Source: an uncultured Thermoproteaceae archaeon (GTDB lineage Archaea; Thermoproteota; Thermoprotei; Thermoproteales; Thermocladiaceae). Taken from it: a stretch of 60,694 nucleotides of DNA. The stretch covers positions 1-60,694 of the forward strand of contig CAZNTG010000002.1 in assembly GCA_964575955.1 (NCBI GenBank), in the 5' to 3' direction. The position numbers were made by a program, and so were the translations under genes. This document shows positions 1 through 10,585 of this stretch, piece by piece. How positions within the stretch are numbered: the first letter of the stretch is position 1; the number at the start of each line of letters is the position of its first letter. A model generated the notes under the pieces. The model was not told where the DNA came from. It did not search any database and saw only the letters and a list, made by a program, of their open reading frames with translations.

Positions 1-152
1 TCTGTGGGTTTTTATTTTGGTTTTTTATTTCCTGTTGTCTGTCTTTATTTTCTGCATGTGTGTTTTTACGTTTTACCATTAGGAAAATGCAACAATTCAA
101 CTCTCCTGAAGAGAAACATTTCCACAAGAAACAAGTAATACGAAGATCAGTA

Positions 153-1685
153 TTATGGTGTTGTTTGTCTTATTATTTTGTGTAGTATTGCTTTTGTTAT
201 TGTTCTTAGATATGTGTCTGTTAGTATTTCGATTGTTAATGTTAGTGTTATGTATGGTGTGTATAGTAGTGCTAGGTTTATTATTGTATTTATCATGTTT
301 GTTGTTGTGAATAGTTTTGTTATGTAGTTTAGATATTTGTATAGTATTAATATGCTTGTTAGTGATATTGCTAAGAATTTTAGTGTAGGTTTTAGTAGTA
401 TATTCCATATTTTTTGTAGTGGTTCTTTCTCTATCTTTCTAAATACCATTAAGTATATTAATGATGTTTCTAGTACATTTCTTGCGACTAATAGTGATGA
501 CCATATTACTAGCGTCAACATTTTGCTGTTGTATAGTGTTGATATGGTGAGTATGCATGGTATTAGTAATACTAGGTATGTTATTGATGTTATTACTCTA
601 TAGAACTGTACTTTATATGCTGATGTCTTTGATAATTCTGATATTTGTAAAACTTCTACATCTGAAACATCTATTCCAAGGCTAAGTCCTCTTATAGTCT
701 TTAGAAATAGGAGTGTTAATCCATATATTGAAAGTATTTGAAGTATTGTTGAGTATTGAACATATTTTAAACCGTATACATATAGTACATACTTAGAGAA
801 TATTATCAAGAATATGTATGTTGGTATTGTTAATGATGCTATTATGTATGTGTATGCTTTAACCTTTTCAATATCTCTAGTTATTATTAAGAGTGAGATC
901 ATTCCCATAAATGTCGATCCAAATATTGAGAATATGTTATAAGAAATTGATAATGATAGAAAGAATCCTGAAACTACACTAAACCCAACTATATATGTTA
1001 TGAAATATGCATCTACTACATATGCAATATTTGCTAAAATACTCATTAGAGGTATTTGATATTTCTTAAACCATCTTTTCCAATCTGTAAATATGTTTGA
1101 TCTATTACTGAAGATTAATTTTCTAAACTTTAAAATTCCAACTGTTAGAGATGTTAGATAGCATACTGTTATTAATAGTATAAGATTGAATACATCTAAC
1201 AGTCTAGTCAATATTAATATTACAACTATAGATGCTTGTAAGATCTTGACTATAAATATCAATAGTTGTGCATTATGTGGTGCATATACATTACATGTCG
1301 TTAACATGAAGTCAAACAGGACAAATATTGCTGCCAATACCCCTATAACAAGAGCTAGATGTAGTTTTAATGAGTATAATGTTACTAATACTACTATAGT
1401 CACTATGTATGAGAGAGATGCTAACAATATGCTGAATAGAAGTCCACTGTACAGTACTCTATATCCATAAGATTCTTCTCTAAATATCCAAAATCTAGAA
1501 AATTCCTGTATTGTTGTGAATGTTGTTATTACTCTAGAAGTTGCAAAACTATATATTCCATATGCCTGTCTTGATATATATTCAGGAATTAGGAGAATAT
1601 TAACTATACTCGATAAGAATGCTCCTACCCTAAACAGTATACCAAGTATTACTTCTCTTACAGGTCTTCTAACTGGCCTACTCAC
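153..1685 (-). CDS. Multi-pass membrane protein, probable MATE/Wzx-like flippase or polysaccharide exporter
   Basis: 510 aa with about 12-14 hydrophobic segments; N-terminal pattern (LLIPEYISRQAYGIYSF) resembles RfbX/MurJ-like exporters. Confidence 0.6.
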   Translation of the reverse strand: MSRPVRRPVREVILGILFRVGAFLSSIVNILLIPEYISRQAYGIYSFATSRVITTFTTIQEFSRFWIFREESYGYRVLYSGLLFSILLASLSYIVTIVVLVTLYSLKLHLALVIGVLAAIFVLFDFMLTTCNVYAPHNAQLLIFIVKILQASIVVILILTRLLDVFNLILLITVCYLTSLTVGILKFRKLIFSNRSNIFTDWKRWFKKYQIPLMSILANIAYVVDAYFITYIVGFSVVSGFFLSLSISYNIFSIFGSTFMGMISLLIITRDIEKVKAYTYIIASLTIPTYIFLIIFSKYVLYVYGLKYVQYSTILQILSIYGLTLLFLKTIRGLSLGIDVSDVEVLQISELSKTSAYKVQFYRVITSITYLVLLIPCILTISTLYNSKMLTLVIWSSLLVARNVLETSLIYLMVFRKIEKEPLQKIWNILLKPTLKFLAISLTSILILYKYLNYITKLFTTTNMINTIINLALLYTPYITLTLTIEILTDTYLRTITKAILHKIIRQTTP

Positions 1686-1774
1686 TTAAGCATTTCACAA
1701 ATGTTATAACTTATTAACTATTATTTGATAAAGGTGATTAGCTTATAACCCCCCTTAACAATATTTAGAGTAGT

Positions 1775-1960
1775 ATGGAGGGTCTTAAGAGTAGGATACA
1801 TGAATTTCTACTTAAGAATAGGGGTAAGGAATTTACTGTTGAAGAAATTGCAAAAGCAATAAATGAAGAACGTATTAGTGTTGTTAAAGCACAACTTACA
1901 AGACTTGTTAAGGAAGGTAAAGTTTTGAAGGTTGGTGTAGATAAGTATAAGGTTATTTAA
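1775..1960 (+). CDS. Small winged-helix DNA-binding protein
   Basis: 61 aa, basic; FTVEEIAKAI...VKAQLTRLVKEGKV...KYKV wHTH pattern; TATA-like TTATAA about 30 nt upstream. Confidence 0.7.
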   Translation: MEGLKSRIHEFLLKNRGKEFTVEEIAKAINEERISVVKAQLTRLVKEGKVLKVGVDKYKVI

Positions 1961-1966
1961 AATACT

Positions 1967-3154
1967 GTGAATGTCAACACAGACATACTAATACTAGGTG
2001 TAGGTACTTCAGGTTCTACATTAGTAAAGTTTCTCAAAGACTTAACATCTGAAAAGACTATAGCTATATGTGACACACGTGTTAATCCATGGACACATGT
2101 AGTATGTGGTGAACTTATTCCTGACCCATCCTCGCTATCAAATATACCGAAAACACTGTTAGAATACATGTATAAAAGTCATAACATAATAATGGAGAAT
2201 ACTAAAATTATTAAAAGCTTTAAAGAGATTAGTATAAAGATATTAGATAGAGAGTTCATAGTTAGATTCAAATCATACATAATAGATAAGAGTGAACTAA
2301 TTAAAAACCTAATAGATAAGAACATTCAATATTATGAAAATTATCTAGGATTTTCAGCATTTTCATATGAAATACATAATGATGGTATTAAGATTATGTT
2401 AAGAAATCGTGATGGAGATATTAAGTATGTAAAAGCTAGATTTGTAATATGTTCAGACTCATTTCCATCAATATTATACGATTCTCAAATCTGGAATTTC
2501 TTAAAAAATTCAAAATATTTAACAATTTCATGCATATCACTTCAAGCAAGACTTTCAAATCATATTGAAAATCCTAAGATAATCATAAATCCTAAAATCG
2601 CACCAGGAGGCTATGCATGGATCTTTCCAAAAGATGAATATATTGCAAATGTTGGTCTTGGTATCAATACAGACTTCATTAATAATATTGTAGAGTACTT
2701 AGATAAATTTTTGAAGATCTACAATTTGAAACCTGTAAGTAGAGTTTTATGTAAGACCTTACCTGTTGATGGTGTCATATATTCAGATAGGTTAGATGTT
2801 GTGTATGTTGGTGATGCTGGTGGTTTTGTTATTCCTACAAATGGTGCTGGTATTAATCCTGCAATAATTTCATCATTAATATTATATGAATCTAATGTAG
2901 ATAGTGAAGTTTTCATAGAAAAATCTTATAATGTTATCGGTAACTTCATTAACAATCTTGCCAGACTTAGAAAACCTTTTGATAAAATTCTTATAGATTA
3001 TTCTAAATTTGAGAGATTTTTCAATAAGTTATTTAGAAGATCTGTGATTAGTAATCTGTCTTGTAGATTGTTATTTAGATTTGTTACTGGTTGTCTAAGC
3101 TTTCTAGATTTGCTCGGTGTTAAGTTTGTTAGTTATCTTAGTGACATTATTTAA
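1967..3154 (+). CDS. Geranylgeranyl reductase family FAD-dependent oxidoreductase
   Basis: GxGxxG (LGVGTSG), CGE, PGGYAWIFPK, VGDAGGFVIPTNGAGI motifs; next to a prenyl synthase. Confidence 0.85.
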   Translation: MNVNTDILILGVGTSGSTLVKFLKDLTSEKTIAICDTRVNPWTHVVCGELIPDPSSLSNIPKTLLEYMYKSHNIIMENTKIIKSFKEISIKILDREFIVRFKSYIIDKSELIKNLIDKNIQYYENYLGFSAFSYEIHNDGIKIMLRNRDGDIKYVKARFVICSDSFPSILYDSQIWNFLKNSKYLTISCISLQARLSNHIENPKIIINPKIAPGGYAWIFPKDEYIANVGLGINTDFINNIVEYLDKFLKIYNLKPVSRVLCKTLPVDGVIYSDRLDVVYVGDAGGFVIPTNGAGINPAIISSLILYESNVDSEVFIEKSYNVIGNFINNLARLRKPFDKILIDYSKFERFFNKLFRRSVISNLSCRLLFRFVTGCLSFLDLLGVKFVSYLSDII

Positions 3155-3186
3155 AATCTCGCTACTTTGTTAGTTTTGAGTAATCT

Positions 3187-4056
3187 GTGAGTTTAAAGCT
3201 TCCTGATGTGGTAGTTAAAGCTTTACAGGATGTTGTTAATGAGCTAGTTAAGATTTGTAAATTTAGTTATGTGTCAAACATGCTTTACAGATCTGTTTCT
3301 CACTACATCTATAATAAGGGTAAGCTAATTAGACCAACACTTACACTCTTAACATCATATCTTCTAGATGGTGATCTTAGTAAGGCTGTTAAGGCTGCTG
3401 TAGCTATTGAGTGTGTTCATATAGCTACACTACTTCAAGATGATGTTTTTGATCATCATACACATAGGAGAGGTACATATACTCCAAGATATCTATATGG
3501 TGATAACTATTCAATACTTGCAAGTAATGTATTTATTGCAAAAGCTGTTGAGTATAGTGTAGATACAGGTATAAGAGAGATTCCGATTGAAATTTCTAAA
3601 ACCGCTCTAGACTTATCTGATGGTGAAGCTTTAGAGTTAGAGTATAGAGATGGTTTTAAGAATATAAAGCTCGGAGATTATTTCACCATTATTAGAAAGA
3701 AGACTGCATCTTTAATAGAAGCTTCTATGGTTGTTGGTGCATATACAGCATATAACGTATCTAAAAGTACTATAGATAGAGTTAGAATTATTGGCAGATT
3801 GTTAGGTATGTTATATCAAATTCGTGATGACATACATGACTTTCTTGAAGATAATATGGAGTATATAAATATTGTTAATGTATTTATAAGATCTGGATTT
3901 TCTAGAGATGAAGCTTTGAGAAAATCTGTTAAGATATTTGAAAAATTGTTTAACTATGTTAAAGATTTAACATACAGAACATTTCATACTAGAGCAGAAA
4001 TCTTACACACGATACTTGACGTACATCTACGTTTACATATAGTAGACTTATTTTAG
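3187..4056 (+). CDS. Polyprenyl diphosphate (GGPP-type) synthase
   Basis: GKLIRP, first Asp-rich motif DDVFD...RRG, KKTASL, second motif QIRDDIHD. Confidence 0.9.
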   Translation: MSLKLPDVVVKALQDVVNELVKICKFSYVSNMLYRSVSHYIYNKGKLIRPTLTLLTSYLLDGDLSKAVKAAVAIECVHIATLLQDDVFDHHTHRRGTYTPRYLYGDNYSILASNVFIAKAVEYSVDTGIREIPIEISKTALDLSDGEALELEYRDGFKNIKLGDYFTIIRKKTASLIEASMVVGAYTAYNVSKSTIDRVRIIGRLLGMLYQIRDDIHDFLEDNMEYINIVNVFIRSGFSRDEALRKSVKIFEKLFNYVKDLTYRTFHTRAEILHTILDVHLRLHIVDLF

Positions 4057-4095
4057 AAAATCTAGACTTTTATAAGGTATTAAAGATAGTATGCG

Positions 4096-4653
4096 ATGGA
4101 GATTTCAAACCAGGTAATAAATGTTGAAGGTATGAAATTAAAACTTGAAGATTTGTTTAAAGCACCTGAGAAGGACGGTACTGTGATATCTGTTAGAGTT
4201 CATAGATCTGTTAAAGAAGTTTTAATGAAGCTTGCTGAGAAGGAAGGTCTTCATGGTGTTTCAGAGCTTGTTAGATATATTATTGCTGGATTCTTGATGG
4301 GTAGGTACAACATCGTTAAGCCAGATCCTAAGGTTCTTGCTCCACCCATATACTTGAATGTTAATGTTGTAAAGACGAGTAGTAGACAATCTCAAGATAG
4401 AGAAGATGGTCATGATGATATTACAATTCTAGAAGTTAAGAGTGAGATTGAGGATATTATTAGAGAAGTTGAAGATTTCATAAATAAAGCTAGGATTAGA
4501 GCTATCAGACTTCAAGGTAATGAGTATGTTAAGAAGCTTAGAACTAAAGTATTTAGAGCACTCGTAAAGGCTGTTAAGTATAATTTGAGAGATGTAGTTC
4601 CAAGACTTAAAGAACTATTCGAAGAACTTAACAACCTTCTAAGATCAGTATGA
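4096..4653 (+). CDS. Ribbon-helix-helix domain protein
   Basis: TVISVRVHRSVKEVLMKLAEKEG..GVSELVRYII matches the RHH/CopG pattern; helical C-terminus. Confidence 0.6.
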   Translation: MEISNQVINVEGMKLKLEDLFKAPEKDGTVISVRVHRSVKEVLMKLAEKEGLHGVSELVRYIIAGFLMGRYNIVKPDPKVLAPPIYLNVNVVKTSSRQSQDREDGHDDITILEVKSEIEDIIREVEDFINKARIRAIRLQGNEYVKKLRTKVFRALVKAVKYNLRDVVPRLKELFEELNNLLRSV

Positions 4654-4663
4654 TTAGATATCT

Positions 4664-5776
4664 GTGCAGTATGATAAGGTCATAGTCAAACCTACATACT
4701 CTCCAGAATATCCTGTAGTTATAGGTATCGATATAGTTGATAAAATTTCTGAAATTATTGAAGAAGAGTTAGATAATATTGATAAAATTGTTATCTTTGT
4801 TCAAAAACCTGTAAATGAGTTTGAAATGTTTAGAAACATCTTAAAAAGTCTTAAAGAGAAGTATGAAGTACATATATATGAAGTACCTCCAGGTGAGCAA
4901 TCTAAATCTCTCGATCAAGCTATAAAATGTGTAGAATTTCTACACAATATTCAAGCTACTAGAGCGACAGTAGTTGTGGGTGTTGGTGGTGGTGCTCTTG
5001 GTGATCTTGTTGGTTTTGTATCTTCAATATATTTGAGAGGTCTACCACTTGTACTAGTACCAACAACACTATTATCAATGGTTGACTCAGCTATTGGTGG
5101 TAAAAATGCTGTAAACATGTTCAATATTAAAAATGTGATTGGAACATTCTATCAACCTAGACTAGTTTTTGAAGATTTAAAATTTATAACATATCTACCA
5201 GATAGAGAAGTTAAATCAGGGCTTGCAGAGGTTGTTAAGTATGGTGTGACTATAAATCCTCAAATTATTAAGATAGTTAATGATAATTATAGGAAGATTA
5301 AGAATAGAGATCTAGACATTATTAAAGAACTTGTCAAATATTCTGTACAATGTAAAGCATGGGTTGTAAATCTTGATGAGAGAGAGGAGAGAGATATTAG
5401 ACAAATATTAAACTATGGTCACACAGTTGGTCATGGTATTGAAGCTAGCTGCGGTGGAATATTTACACATGGTGAATGTGTTATGTTAGGAATGCTTATA
5501 GAATCTGATCTAGGTTCAAGGCTTGGATATACAGATAAGTCTGTCTACACAACGTTAAACGATATTGCAAATAAGCTTAAACTTCCAACAAGAATACCTA
5601 AGAATATTGATAAGTTAAGCATTTTGAAGAAGATTGAGTATGATAAGAAGAGGGTTGGCACAATAATAAAGCTACCTGTAGTTAGAAGACTTGGAGAGTT
5701 TGAGATTATAAAGATGGAAATATCTAAACTATTAAGCTATCTAGAAAATCTACTAGATGAATATTACGAGAGATGA
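4664..5776 (+). CDS. aroB: 3-dehydroquinate synthase
   Basis: GGGALGDLVGF, PTTLLSMVDSAIGGKN, LNYGHTVGHGIE, HGECV motifs. Confidence 0.95.
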   Translation: MQYDKVIVKPTYSPEYPVVIGIDIVDKISEIIEEELDNIDKIVIFVQKPVNEFEMFRNILKSLKEKYEVHIYEVPPGEQSKSLDQAIKCVEFLHNIQATRATVVVGVGGGALGDLVGFVSSIYLRGLPLVLVPTTLLSMVDSAIGGKNAVNMFNIKNVIGTFYQPRLVFEDLKFITYLPDREVKSGLAEVVKYGVTINPQIIKIVNDNYRKIKNRDLDIIKELVKYSVQCKAWVVNLDEREERDIRQILNYGHTVGHGIEASCGGIFTHGECVMLGMLIESDLGSRLGYTDKSVYTTLNDIANKLKLPTRIPKNIDKLSILKKIEYDKKRVGTIIKLPVVRRLGEFEIIKMEISKLLSYLENLLDEYYER

Positions 5777-5829
5777 TGAGCTCCTGCCCCCACATATTTG
5801 ATAGATGAAGATTGCCGGGCCGGCACTGA
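5773..5829 (+). ncRNA. C/D-box methylation guide sRNA
   Basis: ATGATGA (C, overlapping the aroB stop), GC-rich guide, TTGA (D'), ATGAAGA (C'), GC-rich guide, CTGA (D). Confidence 0.75.
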
Positions 5830-5873
5830 TCTAAAAATTAATATATTGAAGATGTGTAGACTAGTACAGTACT

Positions 5874-6329
5874 ATGAGTCAGGAACAGTTATCTGAAATT
5901 GAGTTGAAGATATTGATACAACTATACAAATCTGGAGGATCATACATTCAGAGAAACCTATGGAAAGCTATTGGTATTGATGGTAAGACAGGTCTACCAT
6001 ATCTTCTCAAACTTGAGAAGAAGGGTCTTGTTATTAGAGAGAAGATGAGTGATACTAGAAGAGCTCAATATCTAGTTAAGTTAACTCAAGATGGTAGAAA
6101 AATTGTTGAAGAATATATTAAATCAACATCTGCAACACGTAGAGACTATGTTGAGGTCGATTATAGTTTAAAGATTTCAGAACTGTCCGATCATGAGAGA
6201 ATTTTAATAACAATACCATGCCTATACTGTCCATATTTAGAATCTTGTGGTAAAGTTAAATATCTTGATCCAAGTAAGTGCGAACTTCTCTCGAAATGGA
6301 TTTTAAGTAACTTAAAGTCTAGTAGCTAG
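5874..6329 (+). CDS. tfeB: Transcription factor E beta subunit (RPC34-like; wHTH plus Fe-S Cys cluster)
   Basis: N-terminal wHTH and C-terminal PCLYCPYLESC...DPSKCELLSKW four-Cys motif typical of archaeal C34 homologues. Confidence 0.8.
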   Translation: MSQEQLSEIELKILIQLYKSGGSYIQRNLWKAIGIDGKTGLPYLLKLEKKGLVIREKMSDTRRAQYLVKLTQDGRKIVEEYIKSTSATRRDYVEVDYSLKISELSDHERILITIPCLYCPYLESCGKVKYLDPSKCELLSKWILSNLKSSS

Positions 6330-6331
6330 TT

Positions 6332-6892
6332 ATGAATCTACTTAGAGTATTTATTGCAGTAGATATAGTAGATGAGAATATTAAGAAAAATATTGAACTT
6401 ATACAGAAAGAACTACTTAAAGGTGGTGTAGATATTAAACCTGTTGAATTAGAAAATCTACATATAACACTTAGATTTATTGGAGAAGTACCTCAACCTG
6501 TAGTTAATGAAATAATGAATAAGTTGAAGACAGTTACATATCAAAAATTTAAGATTAAAGTTAGAGGTCTTGGAGCATTTCCAAATAATTCAAATCCTAG
6601 AGTTATATGGGCAGGAATTACAGAAGGTTCTAAAGAACTATCAGAACTTCATGAAATTATCGAAAAACTTGTAGGTAAGTATGGTATTAAAGATGATAAA
6701 GAGTTTACACCACATTTAACAATAGCTAGAGTTAGATCTCAAAGAAATAAACAACACATAATTACGATACTAGAGAAGTATAGAGATTTAGAGTTTGGTG
6801 AACAATCTGTAGAATGTATAAAACTTAAGAAGAGTGTACTAACTCCTAGAGGACCGATATATAGTGATTTGTTGGAAGTGAAATTATTATGA
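6332..6892 (+). CDS. thpR: RNA 2',3'-cyclic phosphodiesterase (2H family, LigT-like)
   Basis: Two HxT motifs (LHITL, PHLTI); RVFIAVD start; upstream of cca. Confidence 0.92.
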   Translation: MNLLRVFIAVDIVDENIKKNIELIQKELLKGGVDIKPVELENLHITLRFIGEVPQPVVNEIMNKLKTVTYQKFKIKVRGLGAFPNNSNPRVIWAGITEGSKELSELHEIIEKLVGKYGIKDDKEFTPHLTIARVRSQRNKQHIITILEKYRDLEFGEQSVECIKLKKSVLTPRGPIYSDLLEVKLL

Positions 6893-8307
6893 AAAATAGT
6901 ATAGAGATTATACTTGAGGAAGCTAAAAAACTTGTAAGACCTAGTGATGAAGAGAGAGTTAGAAGATTAAGTATTGCTAATAGAATTGTTAAACTTCTAG
7001 AAGAGGAATTTAGTAGAGATAGTATTAACTGTGAAATATCGATACAGGGAAGTTTAGCTAAAGATACTTGGCTACCTGAAGGTAAGGATATTGATATATT
7101 TCTAATATTTCCAAAAGACTTTCCTAAAGAAAGGTTTGAAGATATTATTAAGAAGTTGATAATTGTAGCTCAGAAAAGTGGTATTAGATGGATCTTAAAA
7201 TATGCACAACATCCATATGTTCAATACATAGTTGACAAATATGAGATAGATATTGTACCATGCTACAGGATTGAGCCAGGTGAAAAACCATTAACTGCAG
7301 CAGATAGAACACCACTACATACAAACTATGTACTTTCAAAACTTTCAGAAAATCCTGATCTTAGAGATGATATTAGATTATTCAAAAGATTTTTGAAAGT
7401 TTTAGGTATATATGGTGCTGAGATTAAAGTTGAGGGATTTTCAGGATATTTAGCAGAACTTTTAATTCTAAATTATGGATCTTTCATAAATCTTATTAAA
7501 GATGTTGCAGAGAGATGGAAACCAAAGCATATAATTATAGACGTTGAAAAACACTACTCAGATGTTAAAACTATTAAAAAACTTTTTAAAGATAGTCCAA
7601 TAATTGTTATAGATCCTGTAGATCCTACAAGAAATGCTGCAGCTGCAGTATCTGTAGAATCTCTATCCAAACTAATACTTGCATCAAAACTATTTCTACA
7701 TAAGCCAGATATACTATTCTTCAAATATCCAGAGAAGTACTATGTGGATAGTTTAGAGAAGAGATTTTTCCCACCTATAGTTGTGATAGAATTTCCATAT
7801 CCAAAGAAGCTTGTTCCTGAAACTGTATGGGGTGAAGCTAAGAGATTGTGTAGAAGTATTTGGAATGTATTAGAGAGGTATGAATATAAGCCATATGACG
7901 TATCTGTATGGAGTGATGAAGAGAATAGAATAGTAATACTCATAATGGTTGAGAGAGATGAATTAACACCATACGAATTTCATAAAGGTCCTCCTGTCTA
8001 TAGTAATGACGTCTTAAAATTCTTATCTAAGTATGTAAATGATGAAGAATGTCTAGGTCCCTACATTATGGATTCTAGAGTTGTTGTAATTAAGAGGAGG
8101 AAGTATTATAATGTTGAAGTTCTTCTTAAAGCTCAACTCCCACTTATAGCTCCTAAGCATTTTAAGAAGCTTGTTAATAATTGTAAGATTGTTGTATTGA
8201 AGAGTGTTGATGATATATATAGACTTTATAGTGATATTAGAGATGTGTTATTGAGATTTTTACTAAAGCGTGAATTTTGGTATGTAAATTTATTAAAGAT
8301 ATCATAA
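6889..8307 (+). CDS. cca: CCA-adding enzyme (archaeal class I)
   Basis: GSLAKDTWL..KDIDIF, YAQHPYV, ADRTPLH, GFSGYLAELL, DPVDPTRNAAAA. Confidence 0.96.
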   Translation: MKNSIEIILEEAKKLVRPSDEERVRRLSIANRIVKLLEEEFSRDSINCEISIQGSLAKDTWLPEGKDIDIFLIFPKDFPKERFEDIIKKLIIVAQKSGIRWILKYAQHPYVQYIVDKYEIDIVPCYRIEPGEKPLTAADRTPLHTNYVLSKLSENPDLRDDIRLFKRFLKVLGIYGAEIKVEGFSGYLAELLILNYGSFINLIKDVAERWKPKHIIIDVEKHYSDVKTIKKLFKDSPIIVIDPVDPTRNAAAAVSVESLSKLILASKLFLHKPDILFFKYPEKYYVDSLEKRFFPPIVVIEFPYPKKLVPETVWGEAKRLCRSIWNVLERYEYKPYDVSVWSDEENRIVILIMVERDELTPYEFHKGPPVYSNDVLKFLSKYVNDEECLGPYIMDSRVVVIKRRKYYNVEVLLKAQLPLIAPKHFKKLVNNCKIVVLKSVDDIYRLYSDIRDVLLRFLLKREFWYVNLLKIS

Positions 8308-8748
8308 TACTTCATCTTTAAGAATCTCAAGGACTATTGATGGACATACTCTCTTAACGCCTGTCATTTTTGAAATTTCTTCATGCATTTTCATTAGTTC
8401 ACTCTGATCTCTAGCTACAATCTTTACCATTATGTTATGATCTCCTGATGTTATAGCTACATATTTTACATTTTCCATATTTTTCAATTTTTCAGCCACT
8501 GTAAATAGATATTCTGGTTCGACATCTATACCTGTGAGTGAGGTTAGTCTAAATCCAAGTTTTGAATAGTCTATATTTAATGTATATCCTCTAATAATTC
8601 CAAACTGTTCAAGTCTCTTAACACGTTTTAGAACTGCAACATCACTAAGTCCAAGATTTCTAGCTAGTTCTGCAAAGGGTATTCTAGCATTTCTACTTAA
8701 TGCTTTAAGAATTTGCCAGTCCTTCTCATCAAGTTCTATTGAGCTCAT
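8302..8748 (-). CDS. Lrp/AsnC family transcriptional regulator
   Basis: LDEKDWQIL..L..NARIPFAELARNLGLS HTH followed by a RAM domain. Confidence 0.92.
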   Translation of the reverse strand: MSSIELDEKDWQILKALSRNARIPFAELARNLGLSDVAVLKRVKRLEQFGIIRGYTLNIDYSKLGFRLTSLTGIDVEPEYLFTVAEKLKNMENVKYVAITSGDHNIMVKIVARDQSELMKMHEEISKMTGVKRVCPSIVLEILKDEVL

Positions 8749-10229
8749 TCTCTAGACCTGTCGTGATCCTCATTTTTGAGTTTTCCCTTAATTAATCTTT
8801 CTGTAACTCTTTTAAAATATTTATGACATTTAGATAATATATTATCAACATCTACATATTTCTCTACTAACTCATACGCAGTCTTAGTATATGTATCTAT
8901 ATCTAAATCTATTTCAGGATGTGTATACTTTGAAAATCTTATACATGGAATTACATACGTATCAACTCCATACTTATTACATAAATTCATAATAAGCTTG
9001 ACATACCTATTTTCAAGATCGTAACACTTATTCACTATTACACATATTGGTAATATATTCTTCATACTTAACAACTTTAGATATGCTTTAAGACGTATGT
9101 ATAGATCTTCAATTCCACCATACGTTGGTGAACATACCAAGATGTAGGGTATCTTGAACTTATTTATGAAATCTATAGTTGATGTAATTTGATAATTATC
9201 TACCCTATACGATATACCTGTTAGTAATCCCATAACACCTTCAACAAGAACTATATCAAATTCCTCTAATGCTCTTCTAAGAGCCTTTTCTGCAGAAGTC
9301 CAACCATAGTAATCTCTCTTACCTTTAATAATAATACAGGAATAATCTCTCACATATTCTCTCAATATGTATAGTGGAGGATGTATATCTCTAACATCAC
9401 CTCCAAGTTTTAAAACATAGACATTATATCCTCTAACCTTAAGTGCATATGAGATGCCTGTTGTTATGAAAGTTTTTCCATCGCTAGTTGCTAAAGATGC
9501 TATACATATAATAACCTTCTTAATATTTTTCAAATTATTTTGTATACAAGCTACTCCTCTACTAAGATATATGCTGTCTTTCAATTCTTTAAACACTTCC
9601 ATACTCCTCTTCTTATGTTCTTCAAAATCTTTTATACCGAGATAATTACATACATTCTCAACTACCTTATGATTATTGAAAACATTATGTGGTAGAATTC
9701 CATGAATTCTCTCATCTTTACTACATACAATTGATATTATTGGAATACCTTTTTCAAAGTAATTAACTCTTCTAGGATAACTAATTCCAACAATCTTAAC
9801 ATCTCCAATTTCTACAGGTGCGAATGTATGTGCATGAAATACATTTCTCAACTTATCAACATCTCTAAATAACCATGATCTATACTTCAATTCTACACTT
9901 ACAATATCAGTACATATTAATGGTCTAAATTTCACGTCAAGCATATCTAGACATTTTATAGTTCTCTTCTCAGTTTCTACGAATTTTGATAATAATTGAA
10001 ATCCAGAGCATACTCCAATTATTAGCCCACCATTTGTGTAGTATTTATATAATTCTCTTTTTATGAATTCTAGATCTTTTAGAGTTTCTACAATATATCC
10101 TGGAGGTATTATAACTAGATCACATGTATGTATTTCATCTAAATTTCTAATAATTCTATTTGGAAGATATCCAAATGTTTCATACGCTGGCATTGACCCC
10201 TTAACACATATGATTCCAATCTTAACCAT
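8745..10229 (-). CDS. CobB/CobQ-like amidotransferase: N-terminal GATase, C-terminal P-loop synthetase domain
   Basis: GVCSGFQLL nucleophile elbow; SLATSDGKTFIT and VEGVMG BioD/CobQ-type motifs. Confidence 0.7.
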   Translation of the reverse strand: MVKIGIICVKGSMPAYETFGYLPNRIIRNLDEIHTCDLVIIPPGYIVETLKDLEFIKRELYKYYTNGGLIIGVCSGFQLLSKFVETEKRTIKCLDMLDVKFRPLICTDIVSVELKYRSWLFRDVDKLRNVFHAHTFAPVEIGDVKIVGISYPRRVNYFEKGIPIISIVCSKDERIHGILPHNVFNNHKVVENVCNYLGIKDFEEHKKRSMEVFKELKDSIYLSRGVACIQNNLKNIKKVIICIASLATSDGKTFITTGISYALKVRGYNVYVLKLGGDVRDIHPPLYILREYVRDYSCIIIKGKRDYYGWTSAEKALRRALEEFDIVLVEGVMGLLTGISYRVDNYQITSTIDFINKFKIPYILVCSPTYGGIEDLYIRLKAYLKLLSMKNILPICVIVNKCYDLENRYVKLIMNLCNKYGVDTYVIPCIRFSKYTHPEIDLDIDTYTKTAYELVEKYVDVDNILSKCHKYFKRVTERLIKGKLKNEDHDRSRE

Positions 10230-10279
10230 CTTATCTATACAATGTATTTAACTATGTTTAAATTAACAACTCAGACATA

Positions 10280-10585
10280 ATGGCTAGATATGTACTTATC
10301 GAAGTCTATCCTCCTGAACTAGTTCAAAAAGTTGTTTCAGAAATTTTGAAGACATATGAGAACTTACTAGGAGTTAAGCTTGTTGAAGCACCAATATCTG
10401 TAGTATTAATCGATCCTCCACGTGCAATATTTAGGGTTAGGACAAGATTTTTGAAATTTCTCAGAATGGCAATCTTACTAACTAGGAGAGTTGATGATAC
10501 TGACGTACTTGTTGTAACTATTAGAGTTTCAGGTACTTTAAGGAAATGTAAAGCTCAGTTAAAATCTATACAGAAGCTTATGTAG
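10280..10585 (+). CDS. rnp2: RNase P protein Pop5/Rpp14 family
   Basis: RYVLIEV N-terminus and VSGTLRK C-terminal motif; adjacent to an Rpp30-like gene. Confidence 0.75.
   Translation: MARYVLIEVYPPELVQKVVSEILKTYENLLGVKLVEAPISVVLIDPPRAIFRVRTRFLKFLRMAILLTRRVDDTDVLVVTIRVSGTLRKCKAQLKSIQKLM

Noticed and set aside
97-408. 103 aa Asn/Thr/Lys/His-rich ORF
   Set aside because: Alternative frame inside the flippase-like gene; low complexity results from local strand skew
1775-1960. Z-DNA-binding Z-alpha domain
   Set aside because: Similar size and wHTH pattern, but the characteristic Asn, Tyr and Trp residues are absent
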